Assembly: GCA_039096225.1 (NCBI GenBank)
Contig: JBBPEB010000013.1
Coordinates: 992,001 to 1,056,000, forward strand
DNA from: Blastocystis sp. Blastoise
Taxonomy: Eukaryota > Protista > Bigyra: Opalinata
Direction: 5' to 3'
DNA: 64,000 bases
Shown here: one piece after another, positions 60,896 to 64,000 of the stretch
Numbering within the stretch: position 1 is the first letter of the stretch
Layout of the letters: the number at the start of each line of letters is the position of its first letter
Notes under the pieces: generated by a model
What the model was told of the DNA's origin: nothing
The model's database searches: none
Seen by the model: only the letters and a program-made list of their open reading frames with translations
Position numbers and translations under genes: made by a program

Positions 60896-63800
60896 TTAGA
60901 TCACTTGTCCTTCTGCATACATATTCACAATATCGTCCTATAAGATAATAAATTATTAAATATAATATAATATAAATATATATATATAAGAATAAAATAT
61001 GTCTATGATCATGATAAATAATAAATAACTATATACATGATATTTATCGGTAGTTACAGTACGTTTAAGTTTGAGGGATGGAGTAAGAATATTATTCTCA
61101 GGGGTCCAACCAACAGGTTCTAGCAATACATTTCGAATACGTTCAAATCCAAATAACTATAAGAAGAGATAATAATAATAAAACTATTATTATTGTATAT
61201 ATTATTTATATTATATATATTATTATGTTATATTATTGATTTTTCTTTTTTTACTAAACATAAACATAAATATATATATACTCCATTATCAACAGCTGTT
61301 TGATTAATGACTTTAAGTACTTCATTTCGAACACGTTTATCTTTGCATATAGTTTCAAAGGAAGTAGCAGGATCGATATCCTTCAAAGCATCAGTTTTAG
61401 AAATTAAATTAAATAATTGATGTTTATTAGGAACAACTACACCTACAATATATGATTGATAACTATCGCCGTACACAAAGATCTGTTCCACCAAACTATT
61501 TAATAAGTATATCTATATATATGTAAATTATGAATATTTAGTAGATTTATATATATATATATATATTGGATTATAAGTATATATAAAATACATTTTCAAT
61601 TTTTTCAACAGCAATATATTCACCTTGTGCTAATTTGAATATATTTTTAATTCTATCAATTAATTGAATACTATGATTATCTTTACGAATATAGCCTATA
61701 TCTCCAGTATGGAACCATCCATCTTCATCTATAGATTGTTTGGTTAACTCTGGTTCTTTATAATAACCTTTAAATAAACCAGGACCACGAAGAAGAACTT
61801 CACCACGTCCCTCAATAGATATAGGATCTTTGGATCCGTCAGCACGTGAACTCACATGTTCTGTATCTGTCCAATTATAATTTTTCTCAGGGACATTACT
61901 TAACTATCAATAAAGAATATAATATAATAGTAGAGGATATTAATGAATGAATTATTATAAGAAGAGAAAGAAATAGATAATATATATTTATATATATATA
62001 TACTTTAAGTTCAAGACAAGTTACAGGAGCACCACAATTACCAACAGTAAGTACATCTAAAGCAGAAGAACAACAAGTACCTACATTTTATAATTATTAT
62101 ATATGTATATATAAGAAGAATAAATATGTATGTATATATAAGAAGAATATATATATATATATACCTCCACCAGTTTCAGTCATACCATATCCATTCATCA
62201 TAGGAGCACTATATATATATATATATATATATTATTATATATATTATTATTATATATATTATTATATATATTATTATTATTATTATTATATATAGAATAC
62301 CTGAATACACATTTAAAGAAAGTAGATATATCATCAGCAAGAGGTGCAGATCCATTAAGGAACCATCGAATCCTATCGAAACCGACTTTGGATGCAATCG
62401 ACTTAAAGAGAATACGGTCATAAAGGGAATGAGTACACTGATTCCAACGTAAATTATGGATCTATATTATAACATATTATATAATTAAGTTAAATATAAT
62501 AAATATAAAGTTAATATAATATAATATAATATAATATAAATAAAACTAATAAAATAAAATAAATTAAAATAATATAAAATATAAAATAAAATACAAAATA
62601 AATATAAAATTAAATTAAAATAAAATAAAATACAATAAATATAAATATACAATAAATATACTTTAGTATTAAGTGCATGAAGGAAAAGCCATTGTTTCCA
62701 AGAAGCTTGACTGGATACATTTTGATTTAATATATTATAGATACGATTGAATAGACGAGGAACAGAGATGAAGACAGTAGGGTGAAGACATCTTAAATCA
62801 TCTACTATATTCTTTACATTACCCTATATAGTATAATAATAATAATAAAGATCAGAAATAATAATTTCTATAATATATAGATATATACACTGAAATATCC
62901 AATACAAGCACCATTATAAAGTGCGTTAGCCTCAACGAATCGTTCGAACACGTGAGCTAACGGCAAATATCCCATAACAACATCATTAGGATGAAGACCA
63001 ATCTCATAATGAGTAGCAATAGCTATAGTTAAAGCAAGCATATTCCCGTGGGAAAGAATAACACCTTTAGGAGTGGAGGTAGTTCCAGAAGTAAAGCAAA
63101 TAGTACATATATCATCATATCCACATTCATTTGGAGCCACAGTAAATGTACTACCCTATATATATATTATATATTATATATATTATATACTATACTATAT
63201 ATTATATTATATTATATATATTATATACTATACTATATATTATATTATATTATATATACAAGTTTGATAAGATCATGTATAAAATAGATATTTAATCCTT
63301 GTTCTTTTGATTCTTTCTTTAATTCTTCATCAATATCATCAAACTATATATATATTTATTATTTATTATCCTATAATATATATATATATATACATAGATA
63401 ATATTCTTCAAAGCTTCACATCCACCTTGTTTCTTAATTCCAAGAATATTCTTAATTTCATTGCTACCACTAGCAAATACGGTTACTAAATTTGTTGTTT
63501 TGAAAATATAACTATATATAAGAATTGTTATTTTAGAAATATATAAGTAGAATAATAATTCTTTATTAATAATAGTATATTTAAATAATTATAAAAATAA
63601 TTCTTTATTAATAATAGTATATTCAAATAATTATAATTTTTTATTAATAATAGTATATTCAAATAATTATAATTCTTTATTAATAATAGTATATTCAAAT
63701 AATTATAATAATATAAGCTGAAGATTCAGGACCAAGTGAATCATATAAAGTGACAACTGCTGCGTCACAGTAATAGCACGCGTATTCCGCGAGTACCCAT

Positions 63801-64000
63801 TCATATCGAGTACGTGAATATATACCAACCATACGAGCCTATATAAACAATATAAATATATATATATATTTAAAAAATAAATAACATAACAATAAATATA
63901 AATAAAAAATAGTAAACAAAAATAAATAATAACAATAAAACAAACAAAAATAAATAACAATAAATATAACATAATATAAATAAAAAGAATACATGTTCAC
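60896..64000 (-). CDS. Long-chain acyl-CoA synthetase (ACSL/LACS), 5' part beyond the window
   Basis: ICFTSGTTSTPKGV, YLPLAHVFER, GYGMTE, GWFHTGDIG, IDRIKNIFKLAQGEY, LTPSLKLKR; stop 60896-60898. Confidence 0.96.
63555..63710. repeat. About 4 tandem ~37-bp units inside the non-canonical ACSL intron
   Basis: Repeats of TTCTTTATTAATAATAGTATATTCAAATAATTATAA. Confidence 0.85.

Overview
Very AT-rich, intron-dense eukaryotic nuclear DNA with short GTATAT...TATAG introns and the standard code. Gene content (He_PIG/PA14 surface protein, BTB-TLDc and GT-like families, organellar uL1) and TGTTTGTT motifs 3' of some genes suggest a Blastocystis-like stramenopile; this is inference. About 15 spliced genes were reconstructed by hand: an ERG27/HSD17B7-like SDR, a TFIIIC large subunit, a Pro/Ser-repeat protein, two divergent glycosyltransferase-like genes, a kinase, an F-BAR protein, a Ubl-Ubl-RING0 protein, eIF6, NF-YA, UPF0598/C8orf82, a possible TAF1A, organellar RPL1, a Spec3-like protein, a ~1600-aa adhesin-like protein and a long-chain acyl-CoA synthetase. 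A gene-poor 10-21 kb block holds one hAT family in three states: a 3003-bp element with a CGGBP1-type transposase, a non-autonomous copy with a doubled end, and a 215-bp MITE. Highlights: (1) a protein with two ubiquitin-like domains and a parkin-type RING0 zinc finger but no RBR ligase; (2) an inverted, near-identical 2.7-kb copy of the TFIIIC 3' half that lacks exactly two adjacent introns and keeps ten; (3) three non-canonical splice sites whose odd base always equals the spliced-mRNA base. Points 2 and 3 indicate either RNA-templated genome change or RNA-seq-based assembly polishing, and need checking against raw DNA reads.
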